From an uncultured Candidatus Saccharibacteria bacterium (GTDB taxonomy: Bacteria > Patescibacteriota > Doudnabacteria > UBA920), in contig CAYTCJ010000003.1 in assembly GCA_964436545.1 (NCBI GenBank), forward strand, positions 3,168 through 67,167: a stretch of DNA of 64,000 bases, in the 5' to 3' direction. This document shows, in pieces, positions 27,875 through 36,675 of this stretch; position 1 is the stretch's first letter, and every line of letters begins with the position of its first letter. Made by a program: the position numbers and the translations under genes. A model generated the notes under the pieces. That model saw only the letters and a list, made by a program, of their open reading frames with translations. It did no database searches and was not told the DNA's origin.

Positions 27875-27928
27875 AGCAATCGGCTGTTAACCGATGGGTC
27901 CTGGGTTCGAATCCCAGCTCCCGAGCCA
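27854..27928 (+). tRNA. tRNA-Asn (anticodon GUU)
   Basis: Acceptor stem tcgggag/ctcccga, D-arm gctcagcggtagagc, anticodon loop ct-GTT-aa, T-arm ctgggttcgaatcccag, discriminator G and an encoded CCA. Confidence 0.85.
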
Positions 27929-27967
27929 CGCTAAGCGTGGCTGTACCCCCGCTTAGCGGGGGAGCCA
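27914..27967. repeat. 54-bp direct repeat copy 1 (tRNA-Asn 3' end + two downstream hairpins); attL-like
   Basis: ccagctcccgagccacgctaagcgtggctgtacccccgcttagcgggggagcca is identical over 54/54 nt to 32357-32410. Confidence 0.8.
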
Positions 27968-28038
27968 CAGATACGTTTAGTGCAGTTAAGAAAACCTTGC
28001 TAGTTGCGAGGTTTTTCTTTTAGGTTTAAAATTTAATC

Positions 28039-28308
28039 ATGTTTTATGTATACATCTTGCATAGTCAAAAAGATGGTTTGTTATATACTGGCTACACACC
28101 TGATCTCAAAAATCGGATAAAGTCCCACACAGCAGGTTATGTTATAGCAACTAAACATCGCCGTCCTTTAAAGCTTATTCATTATGAGGCTTTTTTGTTC
28201 GAGTCAGATGCCAAACGGCGTGAACTGTATCTTAAAGGTGGTAATGGTAAAAAAGAGTTAGAACAAATTTTAGAAGATTATTTTAAAAGCAATCCTTGGA
28301 ATAAATGA
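28039..28308 (+). CDS. GIY-YIG nuclease family protein (second paralog)
   Basis: MFYVYILHSQKDGLLYTGYTPDLKNRIKSH matches the GIY-YIG core (YVYIL...YTGYT...R...H). Confidence 0.65.
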   Translation: MFYVYILHSQKDGLLYTGYTPDLKNRIKSHTAGYVIATKHRRPLKLIHYEAFLFESDAKRRELYLKGGNGKKELEQILEDYFKSNPWNK

Positions 28309-28375
28309 TAGGTTAGCTTTATTAAATATAAAAGCTTGTCAAAAATTCAGACTTGCCTCTTATTTTTTTATATAT

Positions 28376-28909
28376 ATGTACAAAAAGTTTATTTTTTGCC
28401 GAGATATTAAAAATAAGAAATATAAGGTTAAAATTGACCAATTAAATTTTCGTCCGGCAGTATACGGACTGATTTTTAAAGGTAATAAAATATTATTAAG
28501 TAGACAAGGAGACGGTTATGATTTTCCAGGTGGTGGTGTAGACAAGGGAGAGAAACTTGAAGATGCATTAAAACGTGAGGTTTGGGAAGAAACAGGAGTA
28601 AAAATAACGTCTGGAGATTTAGTTTATGTTACCCAAGATTTTTTTATTAGCATCCAGAGTAGAAAAAGAATTCATTCCATTCTTGTATATTATCTATGCA
28701 AGAAACCAAGTGGTAAAATTTCGACCAAGCATTTTGATGGTTATGAAAAGAGCTATTTAAAAGCAGCAGAGTGGATTGATTTAAAAGATGTAAAAAAACT
28801 GCATTTCTACAATGCAGTTAATAGTCCAAAACTTATCAAGCAAGGTTATGAACTTTATAAAAGGCTTTATGAATCAACAATACAAGTTTCAATTAGCAGG
28901 CAACAATAG
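28376..28909 (+). CDS. NUDIX hydrolase
   Basis: Nudix box GGGVDKGEKLEDALKREVWEETGV (GX5EX7REUXEEXGU). Confidence 0.8.
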   Translation: MYKKFIFCRDIKNKKYKVKIDQLNFRPAVYGLIFKGNKILLSRQGDGYDFPGGGVDKGEKLEDALKREVWEETGVKITSGDLVYVTQDFFISIQSRKRIHSILVYYLCKKPSGKISTKHFDGYEKSYLKAAEWIDLKDVKKLHFYNAVNSPKLIKQGYELYKRLYESTIQVSISRQQ

Positions 28910-28921
28910 AAAATAAATTAT

Positions 28922-29785
28922 ATGCCAGAAAGGCCAACATCAGAAGAATTAAATAGATCTATTGAAGAAGGAATTATGACATTCCAAGAGTATGCAAAAA
29001 AGGAGCACGATGTTCCTTATGTTTTTGAATTGAAGGAAGGGAGTAAATCACTTACCTATTACGGGGCTGGTCACTCGCATAATCCTGAAGATCCTATGTT
29101 TGTAGATATTGAACAAAGATTTAAAGCGCCACATCCTCAAGTAGTTATAGTTGAAGGAGTAAATCAATTAGTAGAACAAAAAGAACGATTCAGAAGTACC
29201 TTGAGAGGGGTAACTCGTGAAGGAGTAATAAAAAAAATGGGTGAATCTGCTTTCGCTCTAAAATTAGCAATGGATTCCAATATAGAAGTAGAATCACCGG
29301 AACCGCAATTAAGCGAAGAAATACAATATTTAATACAAACAGGTTTCGAGAAAGAAGATATTTTTGCTTTTTATCTTTATCGTTCGGCAAATCAATATCA
29401 AAGAACTCCCCAGACCCCAAGTATAGAAGAATATTTACAGCCAGACGCAGAGGAGTTTAAAGCCGCAACAAATTGGGAAAATTTTGATTATTCAATTGAA
29501 AATCTAAAAACCATCGGTCATAGGTTATGGGGAAATAGGAGTGCTTTAGATAGTGCAGAATTTTCAGAAGAACGTATTGACCCTGTCCCTTGGGATGAAA
29601 AGAAAGATGAACAAACAGTAGTAAATCAAATAGCGGCTCAGTCCAGCTTTTTTCGTGATAGATTTATGGTAAAACGATTACAAAAAATACTAAAAGAAAA
29701 AGATAGTGTGCTTGTAGTTTTTGGTGTAAGTCATGCATATATGCAAGAACCAGCTTTAAGAAAAATATTTGAAAGTTTTAAATAA
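28922..29785 (+). CDS. TraB/GumN/Tiki-family-like protein (tentative)
   Basis: An N-terminal YYGAGHSH and a C-terminal VVFGVSHA resemble the paired GxxH motifs of the Tiki/TraB/PrgY family. Similarity is judged by eye only. Confidence 0.35.
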   Translation: MPERPTSEELNRSIEEGIMTFQEYAKKEHDVPYVFELKEGSKSLTYYGAGHSHNPEDPMFVDIEQRFKAPHPQVVIVEGVNQLVEQKERFRSTLRGVTREGVIKKMGESAFALKLAMDSNIEVESPEPQLSEEIQYLIQTGFEKEDIFAFYLYRSANQYQRTPQTPSIEEYLQPDAEEFKAATNWENFDYSIENLKTIGHRLWGNRSALDSAEFSEERIDPVPWDEKKDEQTVVNQIAAQSSFFRDRFMVKRLQKILKEKDSVLVVFGVSHAYMQEPALRKIFESFK

Positions 29786-29850
29786 GAAAGTATGTGCTCA
29801 TTAGACTGCCTAAATAAGGTCCCAACCATTTCTACTGTGTTGAACCAAAC

Positions 29851-29880
29851 AAAAACCACTATTTAGATAGTGGTTTTTGT
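29851..29880. terminator. Rho-independent terminator (aaaaaccactat-ttag-atagtggttttt)
   Basis: A perfect 12-bp stem followed by a T-run. Confidence 0.75.
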
Positions 29881-30115
29881 TTGGGGAAAGTGGTAATATA
29901 TTAAAAATAAGCAGGTTATATTTTTGTCAAAAATTCAGACTTGACCCTATTCTAGACAGTGGGTTTATCTTGGCATGATAAATTGGCACCGACTAAAGGC
30001 ATATTTGGTTTTAATGATTGGGGTAGTTTGCTATTTGGGTATGGTATTTTGTTCTTTATCGTGGGAAAAGTTGTAGCATGGTTTCAACGCCCTTAACTGT
30101 AAATTTGTTAGCGTT

Positions 30116-30144
30116 AAAAGCCTGGACGAAACCAGGCTTTTTTG
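30116..30144. terminator. Rho-independent terminator (aaagcctgg-acgaaa-ccaggctttttt) just upstream of the MOSC gene
   Basis: A 7-bp GC-rich stem followed by a T-run. Confidence 0.7.
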
Positions 30145-30160
30145 ATAGACTAAAGGGTCT

Positions 30161-31069
30161 TTGAATCAAATCGAAGAAGAAAGGAGCAGGAGGGTGAAAG
30201 TATCAGAACTCTACGTTTACCCAATTAAATCGTGCCGTGGAATTGGGCTTTCGGAAGCTCGAGTCAACGCGCGCGGAATTGAACACGACCGGGAGTATAT
30301 GGTCATAGACGCCGATACGGGCATGTTCGTAGCCCAGCGGCAGGACAACGGTCTCGGCATCGAAATCAAGAGCATGTGCCAGGTGAAGACGAAACTCCAA
30401 CCCATGAACTTCATTCACATCTGGGCACCGGAAATGAGGGGCGTGCACATTAACCCCAAACTGGCCGGTAGCGAGATGCGGGTTCAGGTCTGGAAGAACG
30501 GCGGCATCCTGGCTTATGACATGGGCGACTTTTTGGCCGATTGGTTTACCAAGTTCCTAAGTCGCGAACGGCCTGGCAAGTATCGTCTGGTGCGTATGAC
30601 CGACGACTTCATCCGGCGGGCCAAGATCGGTGACGCTCAAGTGGGTTTCGCCGACGCTTACCCGTTCATGGGGATCGGCTGCAGCGCACTCGGGGAACTC
30701 AACCGACGGTTGGCGGTCAAACGCCATCCCGAACTTCCCATGAACCGCTTCCGGCCGAACATCGTGTTTGGCGACGCTGCTCCGCACTCCGAAGACCACA
30801 TGAAGGTCATCAAAATCGGCGACGAGGGCGGCGTAATCCTCGACGGTATGACGCTATGCGAACGCTGCCCCTTGCCCTGCACGGATCAGGAAATCGCTGT
30901 GCGGACCAAGGAACCCAGCGCCACCTGGGCGGAATATCGTCGCGGTCGGCACATCGGTATCACCGATCCGACAAAACAGGGAGCTGTCTTCTTCGGGCGT
31001 AACTTCAACCACCGCGGACCCGGTTACATCAAGGTCGGCGACTACGTGGAGATTCTGGAATCGGACTAG
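30161..31069 (+). CDS. MOSC-domain protein (MOSC N-terminal beta-barrel + MOSC; YcbX/mARC-like), high-GC
   Basis: VSELYVYPIKSCRG is the MOSC_N signature. The more likely start is the GTG at 30194, preceded by aaggagcaggagg. GC is about 60% against a background under 40%. Confidence 0.75.
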   Translation: MNQIEEERSRRVKVSELYVYPIKSCRGIGLSEARVNARGIEHDREYMVIDADTGMFVAQRQDNGLGIEIKSMCQVKTKLQPMNFIHIWAPEMRGVHINPKLAGSEMRVQVWKNGGILAYDMGDFLADWFTKFLSRERPGKYRLVRMTDDFIRRAKIGDAQVGFADAYPFMGIGCSALGELNRRLAVKRHPELPMNRFRPNIVFGDAAPHSEDHMKVIKIGDEGGVILDGMTLCERCPLPCTDQEIAVRTKEPSATWAEYRRGRHIGITDPTKQGAVFFGRNFNHRGPGYIKVGDYVEILESD

Positions 31070-31170
31070 CACTCGAGGCGTGGGCCGTTGACCTTAACCG
31101 GCAACGATTCACGCTTCTCATCTTAGCAAATCAAGGATTGGTTTATTGAGATGAGAAAAGAAGGAGGAGT

Positions 31171-31437
31171 ATGTTAGCAATCGCACGCTTAATGGTGCAT
31201 ATGCACCACCACATTTGGGCGATTCTTGTGGTGTTTCTTGTAGGAGTCGGAGCTTTTGTTCTCGGCTCTTACATCCAAAACGCAATTGCCCGCAACGTGG
31301 TTTTCGGTATCGCAATCATCGCTGTGGCGTTTGTCATGGCGACGGGCGCTTCTATCGGCCCTATGGACGACTGGCAGCACCAGCACGGAAGCTGCCTGCT
31401 CGAAACAATCGACCAAATGCAGAGAGGTAAAAAGTGA
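31171..31437 (+). CDS. Small hydrophobic membrane protein, His-rich N-terminus, high-GC
   Basis: 88 aa with two predicted TM helices. It is translationally coupled (ATGA-type overlap) to the downstream amidase. Coding status is moderately likely. Confidence 0.45.
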   Translation: MLAIARLMVHMHHHIWAILVVFLVGVGAFVLGSYIQNAIARNVVFGIAIIAVAFVMATGASIGPMDDWQHQHGSCLLETIDQMQRGKK

Positions 31438-32117
31438 AGCTACGCAATCTGTTGTTCGTGCTCATGGTTCTGTCTGTCGCTTTCGGGTGCGCCAATGCGC
31501 AGTCGCCGCAAAAGCAGCCCGAATGGCAGGCCAACTGGTTCCCCATTAACTGGGAGGCGGAGAAGATTGAGAAACAAATCGTCACCGATACAATCTTCAT
31601 CCACCATACGGCATGGGAACCGAACGCCACATGGCAGCGGCTGTCCGAGGAGCAGAAAAAACGGCTCTACGATGCCCGCTACGCCATCGCCGACAAAGAC
31701 CCGTTCGTGCAAGGCGAGCCGTCGCACTCGGGTCACTATCGCTTAGTGGACGGCAAATTGGTGGAAGTGTTTTACGCCTACCACTGGATAGTCCGGCAAG
31801 ACGGTAAGGTCGAACGGCTTCTGGATGACCGCGAAGTCGGCTGGCACGCCGGCAACTGGGCGGAGAACATGCGGTCAGTGGGTATTGTTTTCGATGGCGA
31901 CTACAGCAAAAAGCCGCCGCCGAAGAAAGCGCTCAAGGCAGCAGCCAAGCTCATCCAGCAATACGTCCAGCAGTATCCGACAATTACCCGCCTCAAGGCA
32001 CACCAGGACGTGCGCAAGACCGAGTGCCCGGGTGCATGGTATCATGCGGCAGACAAGCACGGGCAGACCGGCCGGGACCGACTGCTCAAATACGCAAAGC
32101 TAATATTGTCCGAGTAA
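31434..32117 (+). CDS. N-acetylmuramoyl-L-alanine amidase, Amidase_2/PGRP (T7-lysozyme-like) family, secreted; high-GC
   Basis: Signal peptide. IFIHHTAWEP, GWHAGNWAENMRSVGIVFDGDY and HQDVRKTECPG match zinc amidase_2 catalytic motifs. Confidence 0.75.
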   Translation: MKLRNLLFVLMVLSVAFGCANAQSPQKQPEWQANWFPINWEAEKIEKQIVTDTIFIHHTAWEPNATWQRLSEEQKKRLYDARYAIADKDPFVQGEPSHSGHYRLVDGKLVEVFYAYHWIVRQDGKVERLLDDREVGWHAGNWAENMRSVGIVFDGDYSKKPPPKKALKAAAKLIQQYVQQYPTITRLKAHQDVRKTECPGAWYHAADKHGQTGRDRLLKYAKLILSE

Positions 32118-32137
32118 GTGTTCGGACTAACTGTGGG

Positions 32138-32173
32138 GCGCACGTTCAAGCTGGACGTGCGCTTCTTCTTTTT
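32138..32173. terminator. Rho-independent terminator (gcgcacg-ttcaagctgga-cgtgcgc-ttcttcttttt)
   Basis: A GC-rich 7-bp stem plus a T-rich tail directly after the amidase stop. Confidence 0.7.
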
Positions 32174-32356
32174 CCATATAAGCCTTTCTAATACGCTGCA
32201 CATATCGGAGCCATAAGAAATTCATTCCATTTTGGGATGGATTTTTTATTTCTAGATACTGGTATGAGAAGTTTATCCGCCTCTGGCGGAAATCCCGCCT
32301 ACAATAATTTGAATTGCTTTAGCAATTCATAGTGGAAGTGCCATAAAACTTTATGG

Positions 32357-32410
32357 CCAGCTCCCGAGCCACGCTAAGCGTGGCTGTACCCCCGCTTAGC
32401 GGGGGAGCCA
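32357..32410. repeat. 54-bp direct repeat copy 2 (partial tRNA-Asn 3' end + hairpins); attR-like
   Basis: Identical to 27914-27967, but no full tRNA precedes it. It is preceded by the palindrome gccataaaactttatggc. Confidence 0.8.
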
Positions 32411-32456
32411 AGAGAAAACATCCAATAGGCAAGGTTAGGGTGTTTTTTGCTATAAT

Positions 32457-32822
32457 ATGATTATGGATAAAAACCGAAAACTCAGAAATAAAATGAAGCT
32501 GGGCAAACCCAAGCAAATGATTGTTTATCTTTGCGGGGAATGTGGGTTTAAGTTTGGCAGGACAGAATTGCATACGCCTATTTGTTCTTATTGCCAAGCA
32601 AAAAGTGGTTTTACTATTGTTAAAAAACAAAAACTTACTCCTAGTGCTATTGCCGAAAGGTTAAAAGAATCCACAGACAATATGATGAATGCGTTAATGG
32701 GCGCTTACCAAATTCGGCCCAAAGAAATTGATGAAAAGGAACTTTTAAAAGTTATGCAAAAAGCCAAAAGCTTTACGCAAAAAATACAAAAGTTAAAACT
32801 TAAAAAATCATTTAAAAAATAA
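32457..32822 (+). CDS. Basic zinc-ribbon protein (CxxC...CxxC)
   Basis: 121 aa. LCGECGFKF...CSYCQAK forms a C4 ribbon. The protein is Lys-rich. Confidence 0.45.
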   Translation: MIMDKNRKLRNKMKLGKPKQMIVYLCGECGFKFGRTELHTPICSYCQAKSGFTIVKKQKLTPSAIAERLKESTDNMMNALMGAYQIRPKEIDEKELLKVMQKAKSFTQKIQKLKLKKSFKK

Positions 32823-32915
32823 TTGACCATACTTGAGTTATTCACCTAAGGTGTGAACAAGATTTAAAAATGGTATAATAGTCAGGTAAATAAAATTAAA
32901 CAAAATTAAAATTAT

Positions 32916-33713
32916 ATGGGTAATTTAATAGAAAAAATCTTTAATCCTAAAGTGCTTTTAGTTACTAACCTGTTAATTATACTTATTGCCGAGCTTAGCG
33001 GGGAATTGTTTGACACTTTGGGCCTAATTCGGATTTTTTCTTTTTTCTTTGTGGGTTTAGGTTTTATAAGAATCTTTGTCCACTACAAACTTTACGATCA
33101 ATACTTACAACCTTTAATTTTTTCCGCCATCGCTTCCTTGATTATTTTAGCGGGCACGAATTTTTTAGGGATTCATGGGTTTGAGGAAAGTGTAGAGCAT
33201 GAGGAAATGCTCTTTGTGAATTCGGTGAATTTGTATATTGTGAGCATGTTAGTTATTAGTTTCGGGGTAGAATTCTTTTTAAGAAAAGTGCAAAGAAGAT
33301 CCTCGCTGGGTTTGTGGGTTTTAGGAGGCATTACCCTAGGGGTTTTAGCTTTGGCTTTATTAATTTTAAACGAACGCATAGAAGTATCTTTGGAGCCTGA
33401 TCAATTTGGACCTTATGGCTTTTTACTGGCGCTGTTTGGCACATTCTTTTATGCTATTGCCAAATTAATCAAACTTAAAAAAGTCGTATTAATTATGAAG
33501 GATTTTGCCAACTATTATATTTATGCGTTTATTTTATTTACCATTGGCGGAGTATTAATCTTGTTATACCAATATTTAGATTTACCCGAGTACCAAATAA
33601 CTTACATCTTCCACTTTTTGTTTTACGGGGCCCTTTCCATGATGTATTTAGCCTTTGCCTTCTTTAAGACCTTACCCGGACTTTACCAAACGTTAAACAG
33701 TCAATCCCAATAA
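32916..33713 (+). CDS. Polytopic membrane protein, unknown function
   Basis: 265 aa with about 7-8 hydrophobic segments. Confidence 0.5.
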   Translation: MGNLIEKIFNPKVLLVTNLLIILIAELSGELFDTLGLIRIFSFFFVGLGFIRIFVHYKLYDQYLQPLIFSAIASLIILAGTNFLGIHGFEESVEHEEMLFVNSVNLYIVSMLVISFGVEFFLRKVQRRSSLGLWVLGGITLGVLALALLILNERIEVSLEPDQFGPYGFLLALFGTFFYAIAKLIKLKKVVLIMKDFANYYIYAFILFTIGGVLILLYQYLDLPEYQITYIFHFLFYGALSMMYLAFAFFKTLPGLYQTLNSQSQ

Positions 33714-33824
33714 GTTTATAATTTAGACGTTTAAATTGAAAACTTGGTAAAGTAAGTAATATCTTTGTAAATAAAACCAATTTAGCCTATATCATTTTAA
33801 TCAATAGTTTGTTATTATTAAACC

Positions 33825-34295
33825 ATGGAAGAGATTGATTACCAAAAAACTAAAGATTCAATGGTCGCCTTCTTGAAGGACCATTTTGTTATGGCTTTGG
33901 CTACGGCAAATGAAGAAAGTCCGGCTGTGGCTCCGGTGGTTTACATTATAGATGAAGATTTAAATGTTTATTTTGTCACTTATCGGATGTCTTACAAGGC
34001 TCAAAATTTGATTAAGAATCCTAAGTGTAGTTTTTCTGTCTGGGAATTTTTAAAAATGTCAGTGCAGGGTTCCGGAGATGCCTCGATTGTTGAAGATGAA
34101 AAACAGCAAGGTTGGGTTATGGACGCGTTTGCCGACGCAGCCACTAAAGATCCGAATTTTTGGGCACCAATTTTTAGAATTAAACGGGGAGATTACTGTG
34201 TTTTTAAGATAAAGCCCACTTGGCTCAGGGTGCTCGATTTGACTCATAACACAGTCAGACAACAAACATCACCCTTTACCGAAATTAAATTATAA
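33825..34295 (+). CDS. Pyridoxamine 5'-phosphate oxidase-like FMN-binding split-barrel protein
   Basis: FVMALATANEESPAVAPVVYIIDEDLNVYFVT is the typical PNPOx-like N-terminal pattern. Confidence 0.6.
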   Translation: MEEIDYQKTKDSMVAFLKDHFVMALATANEESPAVAPVVYIIDEDLNVYFVTYRMSYKAQNLIKNPKCSFSVWEFLKMSVQGSGDASIVEDEKQQGWVMDAFADAATKDPNFWAPIFRIKRGDYCVFKIKPTWLRVLDLTHNTVRQQTSPFTEIKL

Positions 34296-34297
34296 AT

Positions 34298-34690
34298 ATG
34301 AGCAATAATAAGCAACCCTCCATTCTGTTTTTAATTGCCGATAATGATCCGGTTTTGGCTCGAGTGATACGGAATAAATTTGAGAAAGAAATGGGTTGGC
34401 AATCATTTATTGTTTCCACTTATAAAGATGCCTTGGAAACCATAACTCATCAAAAACCCAGTGCAGTAATGACAGAAATTATTATTAAAGATGATTCGGG
34501 TAAAACCGGTTTTGATTTGATTGCCGAAATCAAAAGTCAAAATCAAAATATTCCCATTATAGTTTTTTCGGATTTGGGCCAGACAGAGGACAAGGAAAAA
34601 GCTATGCAGGCGGGTGCTACACATTATTTCTCCAAAAATGATGTTAGCATTGTTCAGCTTATGGATGAAGTAAAGAAAATCTTGAAATAA
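34298..34690 (+). CDS. Stand-alone response-regulator receiver (REC) domain protein
   Basis: 130 aa, CheY-like. It has the DND acidic pocket, the SDLG Thr/Ser position and a C-terminal YFSK lysine. The phospho-Asp position is ambiguous. Confidence 0.6.
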   Translation: MSNNKQPSILFLIADNDPVLARVIRNKFEKEMGWQSFIVSTYKDALETITHQKPSAVMTEIIIKDDSGKTGFDLIAEIKSQNQNIPIIVFSDLGQTEDKEKAMQAGATHYFSKNDVSIVQLMDEVKKILK

Positions 34691-34723
34691 AGCTTAAGTT
34701 AATGATTTGCTTTAGGCAGAAAT

Positions 34724-35089
34724 ATGGACATGAACATTACCAAAACCAAATTTGTCATAATTTTTTTAGTCTGTGGGTTTGTTTTTCAATTCCTCACCAC
34801 TTCGCTGTTGGGGTCAACCGGTTTGCGGGGCATGCCCAAATACCCCGATACTTTTTTACATACCGCTTCACCCATTGCTTGGAAGCAAACTGCCTCTAAT
34901 TTTATTTTGCCTCTGAAAGTCGTGTTAACCGGGCCCTTAGTCTTATCTGAAGTAAAGTTTTTAAAAGATGATCCACCTCCACCGTTTGTGGCTTTTTATT
35001 TTATGGTTTATTGGTCGTTGCTGGCCATAAGTTTACATTATTGTTTTAGTAAATGGTTCTTTACACCCAAAAAACCCTCACCGAAGTGA
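34724..35089 (+). CDS. Small membrane protein, unknown
   Basis: 121 aa with hydrophobic segments. A terminator overlaps the stop. Confidence 0.4.
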   Translation: MDMNITKTKFVIIFLVCGFVFQFLTTSLLGSTGLRGMPKYPDTFLHTASPIAWKQTASNFILPLKVVLTGPLVLSEVKFLKDDPPPPFVAFYFMVYWSLLAISLHYCFSKWFFTPKKPSPK

Positions 35090-35097
35090 GGGGTTTT
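35071..35097. terminator. Rho-independent terminator (aaaaccctcac-cgaag-tgaggggtttt)
   Basis: A perfect stem followed by a T-run. Confidence 0.7.
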
Positions 35098-35116
35098 AGT
35101 TGGAAAACACAGCAGA

Positions 35117-36355
35117 TTAATTTACGCCGGCTGATTGTAGATAAGAGTCAAAGAACTTTTTACAGTCTAAATCGTCTTCGGTGGTAGAGCCATGGCCACA
35201 GCCGTCGGTTTTGGGGTCGGGTTTACCGCAGAGCATACCATGACAATGGTAATAAGCGCACTTGTCGGGTTTGGCTAAGTGCAGAGCGGTCGGAAATTTT
35301 TTATTTCGTTCGGCATTTTCCTGATTAATTTTTGCCAGTCTGGCAGTAATTTGGGCTTCTACAGTTTTTAGTTCATCTTCCAGTTTTTGTTTTTCCGCTA
35401 CTTTTCTAGCTAGTAAATTTTTATAAAATTCCAAAGCGGATTCAATCGAGACTTTGCGTTCCGCGCGAAGAGCGTTTAAAGCTCCTTCGTATTGGGTTTT
35501 AGTGCTTTCCGGCGGGATATAAGTATCCACCTCTTTTAAAGCTCGCTGTAAAGGGTTCATTCTTTTTTGAATGTTTTCTAAACTGGTTTGTAAAGTGGGA
35601 AGTTCTGCCGAAATTTCTCCTGCCCGTTTGCGGAGGGCTAATAGTTCCGAATCTAAATTAGCATTTACAGGTCTGCAACTTAAGAGATTTTCCGACACCT
35701 CATTGTTGGTCCCATCTTTAGCCTGTGGCGGATCGGTAAATTTTTCTTTCCCTTGTGGTGGGTGGCAGGCTTTTTCTCGAGCTGATAAACCGGCTAAGGC
35801 AGTGTTTAGAGCAGTGCGCATAGCTTGCGTATTTTGGTCAAAAGTGGTTTGCATTTGCACAAGGCTTTTGTCGTAGGCATCAAAGCAAGCTTTGGTGTCG
35901 GACTGTTCGTAAGTCACCACGGGTTTAGGGGGGTTGGCTAACCGGCAAGCGTCTAAGGCTGTCTTGGCGGTTTTGTAACTATTGTAAGCTTCGTCGCGTT
36001 TTTTAAAATAAGCTTGAAAGTCTGCATAAGGTGCCTCGTTCGCCGGAGCAGGGATATTGTTATAGTTGGCCACGGCGTTATCTCTTTGGGCTTGTGCCTC
36101 TGCACAGGGATCTACCGGTTTGGCATTGATACATTGGCTGAGTTGTGCCTCGGCTTCGGCTTTGGCCTCGGCAAATACTTGTACACTCGCCGTTACTCCG
36201 GTATCGTATAGATTTTGCAGTTCTAAGCGAGTTTCGTTAATTTTATTGCAAGCAATTTTGTTAGCATCAAAATTGCGCAAAGAAAAAATGACTCCCACAA
36301 CCACGGCCGAAGCCACGGCTACGGAGCCGACTAGTTTTGCCAGACTTGTATTCAT
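35117..36355 (-). CDS. Membrane-anchored/secreted long coiled-coil protein with Cys/His-rich C-terminal module
   Basis: 412 aa with an N-terminal hydrophobic anchor and extended heptad-like Ala/Gln/Glu-rich helices. The C-terminus is CAYYHCHGMLCGKPDPKTDGCGHG...DC. Confidence 0.55.
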   Translation of the reverse strand: MNTSLAKLVGSVAVASAVVVGVIFSLRNFDANKIACNKINETRLELQNLYDTGVTASVQVFAEAKAEAEAQLSQCINAKPVDPCAEAQAQRDNAVANYNNIPAPANEAPYADFQAYFKKRDEAYNSYKTAKTALDACRLANPPKPVVTYEQSDTKACFDAYDKSLVQMQTTFDQNTQAMRTALNTALAGLSAREKACHPPQGKEKFTDPPQAKDGTNNEVSENLLSCRPVNANLDSELLALRKRAGEISAELPTLQTSLENIQKRMNPLQRALKEVDTYIPPESTKTQYEGALNALRAERKVSIESALEFYKNLLARKVAEKQKLEDELKTVEAQITARLAKINQENAERNKKFPTALHLAKPDKCAYYHCHGMLCGKPDPKTDGCGHGSTTEDDLDCKKFFDSYLQSAGVN

Positions 36356-36450
36356 AAATTAGTAGTTAGTGATTAATAATTTATTATAACATTTAATTCG
36401 GAATTGTATATAAATGGAGTGGTTTTTGGAGTAAAAAAATGGTATTATGA

Positions 36451-36675
36451 ATGCATAAAACTATGAAACCCACCAAAGAAGATTTAAATCAATTCCAGCA
36501 GTATTTAGCCGATCATAAAGGTGAGGCGTTTTCATCTGATACTTTAGGTGCAGTTGTGACAGATGAAATCAGAGAACAAGAACGGAGGTTAGAGGCAAGA
36601 TTAAGTTATAGTCGTGAATATAATCACCCGCCTGATTTAATACCTAAGCGAGAAGTAGCCGAAGAAGAAATCTAA
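36451..36675 (+). CDS. Small hypothetical protein
   Basis: 74 aa. The stop overlaps the DedA start (ATGG). Confidence 0.35.
   Translation: MHKTMKPTKEDLNQFQQYLADHKGEAFSSDTLGAVVTDEIREQERRLEARLSYSREYNHPPDLIPKREVAEEEI

Noticed and set aside
30203-32103. Cluster of overlapping short ORFs on both strands across the high-GC MOSC/amidase block (e.g. 30557-30799-, 31189-31416-, 31440-31736-, 31495-31746+, 31825-32103+)
   Set aside because: These are artefacts of high GC. They overlap confidently assigned MOSC and Amidase_2 genes, and their products are Arg/Pro/Ser-rich low-complexity.
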